This document shows, in pieces, positions 56,001 to 64,000 of a stretch of DNA of 64,000 nt. Each line of letters opens with the position of its first letter. Positions within the stretch are counted from its first letter, which is position 1. The notes under the pieces are model-generated. The model saw nothing but the letters and a program-made list of their open reading frames with translations, ran no database searches and was not told the DNA's origin. This DNA comes from a virus: IMG/VR virus record IMGVR_UViG_3300025617_000007, positions 1-64,000 of that record. One strand, written 5' to 3'. Position numbers and translations under genes: made by a program.

Positions 56001-56613
56001 TACCATAGTAACCTTTTACCGTTAAGGTAAATACAGGGTAAGGTAGATGCATAAAAACAGCATACGGTGATTGGTCACCTCTTTCAAATAGAACTCTTCC
56101 TTGAATATCAGTCATTTCAATAGTAACTGTCGGTACAAAAGCAGGGTTCATTTTGATATTAATACGAGTGATACCTAACATTTGATTGTCAACACCTTTA
56201 CCCGAACTAAAGACATCGTTAGAGGTTTCATTACTTCCTTGCGTAGGTAACAAAGTGTCTGTCCATGAAGTATCAAAAGCTTTGTCGTTGTATTTTTGTT
56301 CGTTTTTTACGTTAAAGTTTTCCGTTGGTGTTTTTTGATTCTCTTGTTTTCTTCCTTGTAAAAAATTAACATCCATCTGACCAACACCGACATTACGTAT
56401 CGGGTCGTCATAATCGGAACCAATAGATAATTTAGTTCTAGGTATGACTCTAGCCTCCAAATTGGCATAGGTGATTAAATTCTCGTGATTTACAAGTCTC
56501 TCCTCAACCGTACCATCAGGGTTTACTACTTTGTTCGGGTCGATAACTACTACATTATCATACTCTGTTTGAACAAAAACTTTTTGATTTCCGTAAAATT
56601 TATTATCTGCCAT
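50077..56613 (-). CDS. 2178-aa baseplate hub-like protein (gp27/GPD-like C-terminal barrel) with a C-terminal glucosaminidase-like domain
   Basis: VVSMGNVMIQPTMYFNL..GPYLITSVNHDI..FVTTFEGVR (hub barrel); YIFGVGFVETG..NHNYFNLK..YISF..ETESI (GH73/lysozyme-like). Confidence 0.6.
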   Translation of the reverse strand: MADNKFYGNQKVFVQTEYDNVVVIDPNKVVNPDGTVEERLVNHENLITYANLEARVIPRTKLSIGSDYDDPIRNVGVGQMDVNFLQGRKQENQKTPTENFNVKNEQKYNDKAFDTSWTDTLLPTQGSNETSNDVFSSGKGVDNQMLGITRINIKMNPAFVPTVTIEMTDIQGRVLFERGDQSPYAVFMHLPYPVFTLTVKGYYGKAIKLELILKDFNARFDPSDGSYKITTNFIARSHAFLQDTLMDYLYATPHIFPKDYLIDNDTNGTADGTIGTERKTTTKGMEKIKEVYSLYKSKGLIADDFPEITLNQMKMRLEYFNRYVMEAYSKEDMSVLNDIVTFQTDIKNYRKSIFTNVSGSWFNKYIDTSEIYVTNDTKSSVLYGFKKEFDEDARKGALSELKGEVLKGNKKLKESPTFYDPGKYTIEGKDYESQISINIKPNNLVEQILDPSVIDYKKTYIRRKGNEPTDEELSIFENKIRASFELTSKEYSINENGDIVEDEVGTTLIKFGETLNADNFQNGTFLAKLKKIEDSFERNRKDIEKRLSEALSKKIISSDVGLGFNPTVNNVLAVICANAEAFYRLMDEVHENAWNVRTDADRIRAIIPDEKSYGEDYKKMVDVATIDGTNGQLKETKLVYPWPQFIQEVVEENGDTKYEIKYPGQPTIINSINGWNNKKWPEIQFVEEYLKASLEKDKPTININYGNETQISPYMGINAVEFPFENLPYINEEAVSFLYEIYERTYLGSHYNKIIRNDNFRKTLYNVFADFESINIKSGLKDSPGLTTLFKNFKFTPQSYINELSSISNNGQGSFYSKKVRDIYTQNYLEGYINKDFGIYSIDSILTDSTEIESSTKSVSALEDYISGTSSNGETFLDKFPFNSDSWIRQNLANGKSVTNFRGANSTTDIMSFNILKKTLATFNDEGDSDERYTNKYFTYFNFEKNLPNLPSQNTSSGGVTSYQTNDEVKRYYENRESKDFYLSESVLNYGNSYDTSTNNLSSLQTTSLLNTPYFVNALMKGVEDESSGNVNPYVGLGYLYLNSLPLPTLSEKYLTKSLSDDGVSQTKWGDYIFAGLSKFAAIHKIPYLWLLKYGSIWHRYKQDKNGNGDILDGIWDDFNYVNAYDPIGDDYNKTYTIKSYNSLTPVTSTYVPEKIQGDLLEIKNGFYPKVINSTYKFFTGEDVFINYDNTELDEMFTNGGFKMGQSQSNLLIGGYDPNNVNRALNYESWFQYFDIDGYSSFDEDATGNLLVIPSAGDLKFTQAQREIFNNDGKLTQNIENNQAIQNGQVRTLWSAPNYGYFNNSWVKKPSTTEYIKVINRDDDKQDSFIIGNKDTSYKSIEEIFAIFSKDMLDEFESHFLNFCKKEKDYKQMVYNPSKVNYNQELGSYENEYEFNIEKVMKSLLFVRKPNLTNVNASKDAKEIAKAQMSKLVSLNTKELFEKDVIFKIGNPGGFNRRVFDSLSSNELLKPVDPINFDTYQTNTLPTSSNPLSLSISQSISPEAWRAMYEYVGDYMEDGMKYTDNGSYVTDFFPTMNIRFTELNVIDLSPIIKIFATKKYNNDGVLNRGEFLNEFENFMSDGLTYQYSMLDQIFTTLNKTLPNVKEVQPQERISKLDGNVNKNELWSTFKNFNDRWISGQNLKSKTLFEEFLFLDKANRPIGDKVIINIEDMRFFLKNSKATESVLGLIGNILEKNNFVYMPVPSYSNFYGRNERVKEGMPDPSYSDVANNSFGTFLEVDTHGSEPKFLAIYIGKTSDKINTSANNTNYLFQDDAFDISKPTLSSVRTSEDGVTNFSNRNKVVAFNVDFGTRNQNMFKSISIDMSQRKNIAPTFQILANMGSMADGQKVAQETANLYNFYKNSSYNCTVVSMGNVMIQPTMYFNLRHVPMFYGPYLITSVNHDITTRDFVTTFEGVRATKYSLQMPDSLISSVNRDIIQNYKSDIRRVPTLAGSTGDTSVRQSSIKNSNSQTNSKRQADNSKCVAVQNIDKPYVNNVTTDLTQTEFKDEIDLLVLSDNVKKYIFGVGFVETGVSQKLRAKNHNYFNLKNMKENAKWTVPFNNQTCVRDGDYIVPYISFGDETESIKFMGQICSQYEQIIQSFLVNSNINGDLALSFSYLWYYTLRLTTNDKQLTAASNVDDVIIATVDGDLKSNSNGKSLFDNAYSTFKIKNRKWDNS

Positions 56614-56920
56614 AATAGAAGAAGTGGTTTTCTAATGCCGCTTTATAGTCCTGTAATGTATCAGTTAACGGATACGGTATGAACAATAAGCTATTATCAG
56701 GAATGTTAGTTTCTAACCCCTCATATTGTGGATTTGCCATTAGAATTAACCAACCAAAGTAAGGTGTTTCATAAAATTCATAACTAATTTTATCAAGTCT
56801 ACTCTTTCCTGTTCTGTAAATATACCTCTTATCTGTAGATTTTGAAGGGATTGTTACAAAAGGGACAACAGTTTGTTGACCATTTACCAAAAAATCATTA
56901 TATCTATTCCAGTATCTCAT
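56603..56920 (-). CDS. LysM-like baseplate protein (T4 gp53 / P2 gpX-like)
   Basis: YIYRTGKSRLDKISYEFYETPYFGWLILMANP..IPDNSLLFIPYP. Confidence 0.8.
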   Translation of the reverse strand: MRYWNRYNDFLVNGQQTVVPFVTIPSKSTDKRYIYRTGKSRLDKISYEFYETPYFGWLILMANPQYEGLETNIPDNSLLFIPYPLTDTLQDYKAALENHFFYYGR

Positions 56921-56922
56921 AA

Positions 56923-59900
56923 TTATTTAAATGATATTTTACCATTAAATGTTTTATTATCACCAACATTAACTCCTTTATATAAGTTAATAAAATATGA
57001 TTCTTTGTCACTATTATTTTGACCTTTAGGTAATTTAGTATAATCGAATATTCTTTCTTTATCTGATGTGAATGGTGCATAGTCATTAAATTTAGTAACA
57101 CTAGGTTTTTGTTTAAACTTAGTTAACTTATTTTTTGATTTTACACTAACGTTACGGTATATATCTACCAATCCCTTCACACCTGGTTGTTCAGGAAGAA
57201 TCACATTATTACCATATCCTTCAGAACCCATAATTAACGGTTCTACAATTGCCGGTGTTGATGGTATACCATAAATAATTTTATTAACGTACTTTACCCA
57301 TTCGTTTTTATCTTTTAATTCATCACCTAATATATCATTAATAAACCCTTCAGGATTGTTTCCTATCTCATCATAACAAACATGCATTAACCTAACAAAT
57401 GCCTTATCATTTTTATAAGGACTATCTAATATCGTGAAACTATAATTTGTATCATATTTAGGTATAAAATCTGTAAATATTTCATCGTAAAAACTTTTAA
57501 TGTCATTACTAACTGTAGTCACATCATTAACCATTTCATCATACGTGTTCGCAGGTGTTGGTTTAGAAGATATGTCAACTTTAGTAGTACCTGTTATGTT
57601 AGATAAAATATTAATACCTTTATCCGTTTGATAACCATCAGTGTTTGTAACTACAAAATTAATTTTATCAATTGTGTTTATTAACGTTAATTGATTATTA
57701 TTCATGTCATTAAATACTGAAAAATAATCATTACTAAATGACCCTTTTATCGTATTAATTTTTTGAGTCAGATTAAATTTAAATCTTTTCTTATCTTTAT
57801 TTTTAAAGTTTTGGTTATTTAAATTTTTAGTTAATGGTGATAAATCATTTTCAATGTCGTTGATAGTTTCAGAAAACAGATTATCTATTTTTTCTTGTAA
57901 CTTATCTTCTTTTGGTTTACCAAATAAATTACTTTTAACTACCGTACCTGTATAATATGTTGGTGAACCGTAATAACCTAAAAATTTACCTTCAGTATAC
58001 TCCCTATCAGATGTAAAATAACTTAATCCGTCAAAGGAGTACTTATCACTAAGACTTACTAAAGTATTCGTCACTGTGTCCGTATATTCTTTAGATTTTG
58101 TAGGTAATTCATCTATTAGATACACATACGAAGTTTCACCTGATACAGTATCTTCATTGTTATAAGTGGTATCGTTTTCAGATAATACGCTACCGATAGT
58201 TGTACCAATACTTGGTTGTTTTTCAGTAACTAAAGTTTTATCGTCCCCTAAAAATTTAATGTTATCTTCTATGTCATTCCATATCTGAGCGTTTAATTCA
58301 CTTCTTTCTTCAGTAACAACTGACCTATCATCGTACACTTCAGTGTTGGCATAGTAATTAAATGATAATGCATTTTGTAACCTACTAACAGGTTCTTTTA
58401 ACCCTTGACCCCCAATAAAATAAAAACTCATATTAATATCCGCCAACATTGGTTGCACCCCGATACCTTCCGGATTCATATCAAAAGTTAATGGTTCGTA
58501 AGTAATACTAATTTGGTTAATTGCAATTTTAGTATGGTAAAAATCACCAATTCTTAGAACACATATTGGGGGAGCCCCGAATGATGTATTAGTTGCATTA
58601 CTAGACTCAACAGGTCTACCATCATCACCAATCACTGGTATTGTATCACCAGGTCTAATACATTGTTGTAAAAACGTCAGTCTTGAGTTTAATCCTTCAG
58701 GTGTCATAGAGTGAAAGGCTGGTTGGAAATATTTAATTTTCTCTTTAATTCCATTATAAACCATAGGTGAGGACTCCTTCATTAAGTCAAAATAATCACA
58801 CTCAGTTAATAATTTTTTAACAATAATTTTAGCGACTTCCTCTTTTCTCCTTTCATTTTTTTCAGGTTCTTGCGTTTTTGGTATTGATTCGTTATTAACT
58901 TTTGTTTCATCTCCCGTAGCTATTGGAGTTTCATCTTCATCAGTTATAGTATCAATCTCCTTTTCCAAAGGCACTTCAATTATATCACTTATTCTTACAC
59001 GTCTACATTTCATAGCATCTACAGAATAAATCCTCGCATTTCCTTTTAATTCTTTACTACAATCCGTTCCATCAATAGTTATTTCTTCACCATTAGTATC
59101 TTCAGTTATAATTAATTTTCCGTCATCAACCCATTTTTGTAAGGTTTTATCTCCCTTAGTTTTTAGAGGTAAGAAGTAATCTTTAACACTATCAACCCTT
59201 CTTTTTGATAAATCACTATTATATGAAACACTATTAGGTGAGGACGCAGAACCTCTTAATTTAATAGTTACCGTAGAACCATCATCTAACGCCTCCCCTA
59301 ATTTTTTTACTAAATTAGTAGTTTTAGTCAATACACTATTTTCAGTATTTGCCGTTAGTATATTTTTTTCAAAAAATTCAATAACAGAACTACTATTATC
59401 TGATTTAGTTTTATAATCATTTTCTAATTTAATATACTCTTTTAATGTTTGATTATAAGGTATATCCGTTACCGTTAATCGAGTTTTTGGGTTTGGTTCA
59501 TCATTATGGAAGTAGTAAGCAAAATCTTTATAATCACTAGATGGTATTTTAGGTGGTACCTCTTCGGTCGCGGGCTCTTTTTCACCTGGTATGTCAGGAT
59601 TAACCTTATCAAACTCCGCTTTTACAGTGTCAATCTCAGGATAGGTTGTGATGATATCATATATGTCTTGATAAGTAAATTGAGGAAATCTCGTAGCTAA
59701 TTCGTATATGTCGTATTTTCGACATCCCGCAAAGAAACTATCTACAATACCATTAACTTTATTACTATCACTTTCCTTAGCTAGTTCCTTATCAACTATG
59801 GCATTTAAAATTGATGGGTGGTCAACCACTATTTTCCAAGATAGTGAACCCTGACGAGTTGTATTACTATAAGTATATATCGGTTCGGGTCTACCAACAA

Positions 59901-61743
59901 ACTCATTACTATTCCAATTGGCACTATTAGTTTCACTAACTTTCATATCGTACGGAGGAAACCACATAATACGACCCCCATTAGGTCCTCTTTCACAGTG
60001 TGGTAAGTCTTGATACGTGTATCCTTTTTTCTTAGATGTTCTCCACGATAAATTTTCTAAAGAAAACATATATTTTTTAACACCTTCAGTACTAAAATTA
60101 TTACCTGTTAAATTTGTGGTTTCTTTACCTCTTATAGGTGCAATGTTAAGATTGTAAGTATTGTCCAATACTGAGTAAGTAAATTTACGACCCGAATTAG
60201 TAATACCATCACCTTTCTGTAAATCACCCATCGAATAGTACGGAGTGTCTTTAGTGAATACTCGACAATATTCTTTACCTACAATTTGACCATCTTCATC
60301 TGTATATGAAATAACTCTAGAACCTTTAGTTAACTCTCTCGTACCATCATGAAATACTTTAGATACTTGGTCAATGGCGTTACCCACATGTTCTAATTTT
60401 TTCTGACCCTGTAATTCACTGGACGCATTAATTAGTTGTTGAGTATTATCCAATATAGAACCCGATTTAAAATCGTATTGACCACCACCGTCAACTGATT
60501 GACCGGCTTGAAAAGTATTTTGTATGCCCTGTTCTGTCCAATCACTATCTATGGTACCGTAATATGTACCCCCAACACCAACTTTTTGACCTGCAGCGTC
60601 TTTACTTTTTGGAGATACCCAAGTAAACCCTCCTTGAATTCCACCACTATCATATGTTGGATTTTGATTTAATCCAAACTTAAATATGTTTTTCTTCTCG
60701 TCTGATTTATTTTCAAAATCTTCAGCAATTTTACCATAACCATAAACAGGTGATAATGTTTTATTCCCATCCCTATCTAAAGGTAATGCGTTTTCTGGCG
60801 ATACATAACCACTTATTTCCCTATCAGAACTACCCACGTAATAGTTTTGTGGTGGTACCTCGGTAAATAAATCTGTTAATATATTTTTATTATAGTCAGG
60901 AACATATCGATTTAACGCCAATCCTTTAAATAATCTTGACCTTTGACCTCCACCAGTATTATCTAAGAATGTTTGCATTCCAGTTTTTTCGGTTGGAAGT
61001 TTTAAAATACCTCTTTTATCAAAAAGACCTGTAACATCATTAACCGCTTGATTAAGTAACAATTTTCTTGGTTCGTTACTAAAATAATCACCAGGTATCC
61101 AAGAATATGGCGAATAAACACCTGTTATTCTACTAATAAAATCTAAACCTTTACCTAATATATTTTTAGGAACAGATATTTTCCAATCTCTCTCAATAAT
61201 AGATTTATTACCCGTAACAATACCCAATAAATCATATGGGTCTGAAAGTGCATCAATAGCATTAATTCGACCTATAGTTTGTTGGTATGTCTCTTGAGAC
61301 ACTCTATACTGAAACTCAGATTTTAATGATTCCGCAGCTATACGTGCTAAATCAGAATCTTGAGACAATGAACCGTTATTACCCTGTGGATTATTATTTG
61401 TTAATATATTAAACGCATTATAGGTTGATGCAATAAAACCATTATAAGGTCCTTTACCTACACTACTAACTAAATTAAAATTAAATACATCATCAACATT
61501 TAGAGGTTCAGAAAAACCTCCTTCAGGACCATAACTATTTTTAGTATATGCAACTTTAGATTCCTTTTTTCCGATAACCTCAACTTCTGAGGAATCAATA
61601 ACTGCTTGGTCATCAGTATTAAACTCAACCTCACCAGGTTTACTGGTAGGTACAAAACCATCACTATTGTATGGTTGTAAATTTCTTACTAATAACTTTT
61701 TTCTAAAGTTCTCTGTAGAGTTAAATGATAATGGACTTGGCAT
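56923..61743 (-). CDS. 1606-aa tail-tube-initiator-like protein (gpU/Afp7-like) with an inserted OmpA-like domain
   Basis: FPPYDMKVSETNSANWNSNEFVGRPEPIYTYSNTTRQGSLSW and PPICVLRIGDFY..QISITYE..QPMLADINMSF (split tube fold); VTIKLRGSASSPNSVSYNSDLSKRRVDSVKDYF..CRRVRI (OmpA-C). Confidence 0.65.
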   Translation of the reverse strand: MPSPLSFNSTENFRKKLLVRNLQPYNSDGFVPTSKPGEVEFNTDDQAVIDSSEVEVIGKKESKVAYTKNSYGPEGGFSEPLNVDDVFNFNLVSSVGKGPYNGFIASTYNAFNILTNNNPQGNNGSLSQDSDLARIAAESLKSEFQYRVSQETYQQTIGRINAIDALSDPYDLLGIVTGNKSIIERDWKISVPKNILGKGLDFISRITGVYSPYSWIPGDYFSNEPRKLLLNQAVNDVTGLFDKRGILKLPTEKTGMQTFLDNTGGGQRSRLFKGLALNRYVPDYNKNILTDLFTEVPPQNYYVGSSDREISGYVSPENALPLDRDGNKTLSPVYGYGKIAEDFENKSDEKKNIFKFGLNQNPTYDSGGIQGGFTWVSPKSKDAAGQKVGVGGTYYGTIDSDWTEQGIQNTFQAGQSVDGGGQYDFKSGSILDNTQQLINASSELQGQKKLEHVGNAIDQVSKVFHDGTRELTKGSRVISYTDEDGQIVGKEYCRVFTKDTPYYSMGDLQKGDGITNSGRKFTYSVLDNTYNLNIAPIRGKETTNLTGNNFSTEGVKKYMFSLENLSWRTSKKKGYTYQDLPHCERGPNGGRIMWFPPYDMKVSETNSANWNSNEFVGRPEPIYTYSNTTRQGSLSWKIVVDHPSILNAIVDKELAKESDSNKVNGIVDSFFAGCRKYDIYELATRFPQFTYQDIYDIITTYPEIDTVKAEFDKVNPDIPGEKEPATEEVPPKIPSSDYKDFAYYFHNDEPNPKTRLTVTDIPYNQTLKEYIKLENDYKTKSDNSSSVIEFFEKNILTANTENSVLTKTTNLVKKLGEALDDGSTVTIKLRGSASSPNSVSYNSDLSKRRVDSVKDYFLPLKTKGDKTLQKWVDDGKLIITEDTNGEEITIDGTDCSKELKGNARIYSVDAMKCRRVRISDIIEVPLEKEIDTITDEDETPIATGDETKVNNESIPKTQEPEKNERRKEEVAKIIVKKLLTECDYFDLMKESSPMVYNGIKEKIKYFQPAFHSMTPEGLNSRLTFLQQCIRPGDTIPVIGDDGRPVESSNATNTSFGAPPICVLRIGDFYHTKIAINQISITYEPLTFDMNPEGIGVQPMLADINMSFYFIGGQGLKEPVSRLQNALSFNYYANTEVYDDRSVVTEERSELNAQIWNDIEDNIKFLGDDKTLVTEKQPSIGTTIGSVLSENDTTYNNEDTVSGETSYVYLIDELPTKSKEYTDTVTNTLVSLSDKYSFDGLSYFTSDREYTEGKFLGYYGSPTYYTGTVVKSNLFGKPKEDKLQEKIDNLFSETINDIENDLSPLTKNLNNQNFKNKDKKRFKFNLTQKINTIKGSFSNDYFSVFNDMNNNQLTLINTIDKINFVVTNTDGYQTDKGINILSNITGTTKVDISSKPTPANTYDEMVNDVTTVSNDIKSFYDEIFTDFIPKYDTNYSFTILDSPYKNDKAFVRLMHVCYDEIGNNPEGFINDILGDELKDKNEWVKYVNKIIYGIPSTPAIVEPLIMGSEGYGNNVILPEQPGVKGLVDIYRNVSVKSKNKLTKFKQKPSVTKFNDYAPFTSDKERIFDYTKLPKGQNNSDKESYFINLYKGVNVGDNKTFNGKISFK

Positions 61744-61821
61744 CTATATATTCTTTTTACATAAATAGATGATAATATAATTTTGTGATATAAACTATGT
61801 CGTTAATTTAACTAATATGTG

Positions 61822-63693
61822 TTACGCCCACTTACTTTCATCTAAAAGTTTTGATTTAATAATACTCATAGCTTCAGGATTTCTAATTAGTAAATTATTA
61901 AACTCTTCTTGTGTAAGTACCGAATTAGTTGGGATATCATTAAGTTTTAAATTAATGTCACCGGTTACTACCATGGATACTTGCCCACCATTATAATTAC
62001 TATTATTACCCATAACATTAGAATTTACAACACTATCAGGTATTTCTCTTTGTGCCGGTTGTAATGGATTAGGAGTAATTACTTCTCTTTGTGCCGGTGA
62101 CTCGACTGTTACGGAACCACTACCCATCGGTATTTCTCTTTGTGGAGTTTTAGGATTTAATATATTAATTATACCATCAGTATTAATCTCTATCTCACCT
62201 AAAGTACTAAGCGCGTCTTCCATTAATCCATTAAAATCAAAATTTTTGAGTTCGTCTTCAACACGTGTAAGGACTTTATTAAATCCGTTACCCATATTTA
62301 TAAAAAACTTATCAATCTGTTCGTCACTTAGTGGTGGTATTTCTATTTTTGAAACGGCATCAAAACCTCTAGTGGGGTCAATATCTTCCCTTAAGAATTC
62401 TTGAGCTCGTTCATTAATTTTACTAAAATTAGTGACCATATTATTAACCGCATCGACAAATTTACCACTTTCTAATGCCTCCGCAGTCGTAATACTTTTA
62501 GTTGAATTTTGAGCGTTAGCTATTTGTTGTAGATATCCATTCGCTTCAATAGCTAATGTTTTATCAGATTTTTGGTTTTCTTTTTGAAACTTTTCAAGTT
62601 CAGAAATTTGTTTGTTGGTTAGGTCTTGAACTCTAACCATATCATCCTGACCTGGAAGTTTAACTTTTAATTCACCTCCATCAAACTGAGATAAATTGGC
62701 CAATAACTCTTTATTTTCTTCGGGTATTTCATTCATACCACTTAACATGTCAAGTTTTTGTGTCTTTTTTGCCGAATTTAAAGCCAATTCAGAAAACTCT
62801 TGGTATGAATAACCCGCAAGTTTAGCCGCTTCTCTAAGACGATACATTTGTGTGACAGGAATATCAAACTCACCAGTTTCTTCATTAAACGACACCGCAC
62901 CTGACGCCATATCAACAAGACTGTCTTGTAATCCTGCCATGTCGGTTTGAGCCATATGTAATAATTTAAACGGGTCACCTAAATCACCTACGGCACCACC
63001 CAACATTTGGAACCCCGCAGCAGTTTCAATTGCCTTTTCAGGTGACATTAGTTCCTCCGCGAAACTAACAGTTTTACTCATATCGATTCTTAAAGACTGT
63101 GCCTGAGCAACCATTTTAGATAATCCATCAACACCACCTTTAAAGTTATATGACGCTAAAAGTTTAATGTTATCACCAACAGACCTCATAAATTGACCGA
63201 CATTTAATCCATAACTTCTAGCATCTTTTTGTAATTCACTTACTTTATTGATAGTATCTTGAATACCAAAACCTATAGTATCAAAACCAACAACAAATTT
63301 ACCCATTTCTTCAGAAGTTAAACCAGCAATATGTTTTAATCTCTGCATTGAGGTTACTTGGTCTTCAGTTAAAAATTTTGAATTTTGAAGTTGAATGTTA
63401 ATCGAAGAGAATAACTCAAGGTTGTCTTGAGCAGTTGCACCAAATTTAAGGGTTTCTACCTGAGCATTAGCAACTGTGGTTTGTATTTGATTAGTAATTT
63501 CACGACCCTGACCTAAAACATCACGAGTCATCTTAGCGGTCGCTTCATTAATCGCAGACGCATTATTCATAATAACTCTAGGGTCAATAGCTGACAAAAG
63601 GTCTTTACTAAATTGTTTGAGACCAACCTGCGCAAGCGTAATATTCTCTTTAATATTTTTGGTTGTCTCCTCTAAGTTACTATTAAAAAACAT
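61822..63693 (-). CDS. Tape-measure-like protein
   Basis: Helical, A/L/Q/S-rich; directly downstream of gp26/gp51-like chaperones and upstream of the tube-initiator and hub genes. Confidence 0.65.
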   Translation of the reverse strand: MFFNSNLEETTKNIKENITLAQVGLKQFSKDLLSAIDPRVIMNNASAINEATAKMTRDVLGQGREITNQIQTTVANAQVETLKFGATAQDNLELFSSINIQLQNSKFLTEDQVTSMQRLKHIAGLTSEEMGKFVVGFDTIGFGIQDTINKVSELQKDARSYGLNVGQFMRSVGDNIKLLASYNFKGGVDGLSKMVAQAQSLRIDMSKTVSFAEELMSPEKAIETAAGFQMLGGAVGDLGDPFKLLHMAQTDMAGLQDSLVDMASGAVSFNEETGEFDIPVTQMYRLREAAKLAGYSYQEFSELALNSAKKTQKLDMLSGMNEIPEENKELLANLSQFDGGELKVKLPGQDDMVRVQDLTNKQISELEKFQKENQKSDKTLAIEANGYLQQIANAQNSTKSITTAEALESGKFVDAVNNMVTNFSKINERAQEFLREDIDPTRGFDAVSKIEIPPLSDEQIDKFFINMGNGFNKVLTRVEDELKNFDFNGLMEDALSTLGEIEINTDGIINILNPKTPQREIPMGSGSVTVESPAQREVITPNPLQPAQREIPDSVVNSNVMGNNSNYNGGQVSMVVTGDINLKLNDIPTNSVLTQEEFNNLLIRNPEAMSIIKSKLLDESKWA

Positions 63694-63719
63694 GTATTAC
63701 TTTATCAATAAATATTTAA

Positions 63720-63926
63720 CTATCTACTTTTATTACGAGACTTCTCAATTTCCTCTTCCCTTTTAATAAATTCTTCAGATAGTTTATTGATAAAATATTT
63801 TCGTTCGAAGGTAGGCATACCAATCAAGTCGGAATACGACATATTAACATGTTTACTCAGATAATAGAACTCATCGAGCATAATTTGCTTGTAGTTAGAA
63901 GAAAGGACGAAAAAACTCAGCCCCAA
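63720..63926 (-). CDS. Tail/baseplate assembly chaperone, second frame (T4 gp51-like); either frameshift-fused to the upstream gene or started at ATG 63881
   Basis: EFYYLSKHVNMSYSDLIGMPTFERKYFINKL resembles gp51-like H..S..D...MP..ER; overlaps the upstream gene in its +1 frame. Confidence 0.65.
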   Translation of the reverse strand: MGLSFFVLSSNYKQIMLDEFYYLSKHVNMSYSDLIGMPTFERKYFINKLSEEFIKREEEIEKSRNKSR

Positions 63927-64000
63927 AAGTGATATTCACGTTCACTTTTTCTCCTGACGGGGCTATAACAACTCTACCTAAATCGAGTCTTGGTTCACAA
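63895..64000 (-). CDS. C-terminus of a T4 gp26-like baseplate/tail assembly chaperone (5' part outside the window)
   Basis: Translated by hand: ..CEPRLDLGRVVIAPSGEKVNVNITFGAEFFRPFF* (TAA at 63897-63895); the FF(R/W)P end is typical of this family. Confidence 0.65.
   Translation of the reverse strand, partial: CEPRLDLGRVVIAPSGEKVNVNITFGAEFFRPFF

Noticed and set aside
4395-62978. Other short nested ORFs of 64-126 aa in the track (for example 4395, 5340, 6794, 7101, 26590, 42423, 49500, 59506, 62778)
   Set aside because: All lie entirely within well-supported genes in another frame or strand and lack motifs or expression signals.
1-64000. Stop-codon recoding (genetic code 15 or 4), as in some large phages
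   Set aside because: Genes are full length and densely packed under code 11; TGA (46038) and TAG (63720) both end genes at plausible positions.
50077-64000. Bacterial extracellular contractile injection system or T6SS locus
   Set aside because: The adjacent gp32/UvsX/RNase H/gp41/RNR block and the phage-type promoter motif indicate a phage genome; no host housekeeping genes are present.

Overview
A 64-kb, AT-rich segment of a large tailed phage genome (T4-like/jumbo myovirus, probably infecting Bacteroidota/Flavobacteria). All genes but one are on the minus strand. Reading in the direction of transcription (right to left): (1) tail/baseplate core: gp26-like and gp51-like chaperones joined by a candidate +1 frameshift, tape measure, tube-initiator-like protein with an inserted OmpA-like domain, LysM/gp53-like protein, hub protein with a C-terminal glucosaminidase-like domain; (2) a replication block: gp32-like SSB, RecA/UvsX, 5'-3' exonuclease, DnaB/gp41 helicase, and class Id-like ribonucleotide reductase with the ATP cone on the beta subunit; (3) baseplate wedge genes (gp25, gp6) and large structural genes; (4) about 17.5 kb of fibre/adhesin genes with SprB repeats, Cys-rich modules and long mucin-like Thr/Pro/Ser tracts; (5) a six-gene glycan-modification cluster: two GT60-type polypeptide GlcNAc transferases, a methyltransferase, a GT-A enzyme, a sulfotransferase and an FkbM-HtrL-GT fusion; (6) a gene missing from the ORF track because it runs off the left edge, with an N-terminal HINT domain that looks able to cleave only at its C-terminus and an exact 127-bp copy of part of the large adhesin 25.8 kb away. 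The best candidate for an undescribed system is phage-encoded mucin-type O-glycosylation of virion fibre/adhesin proteins, with methyl and sulfate decoration. All family calls come from motifs recognised by eye; no database search was run. I saw no tRNA, CRISPR array or mobile element.
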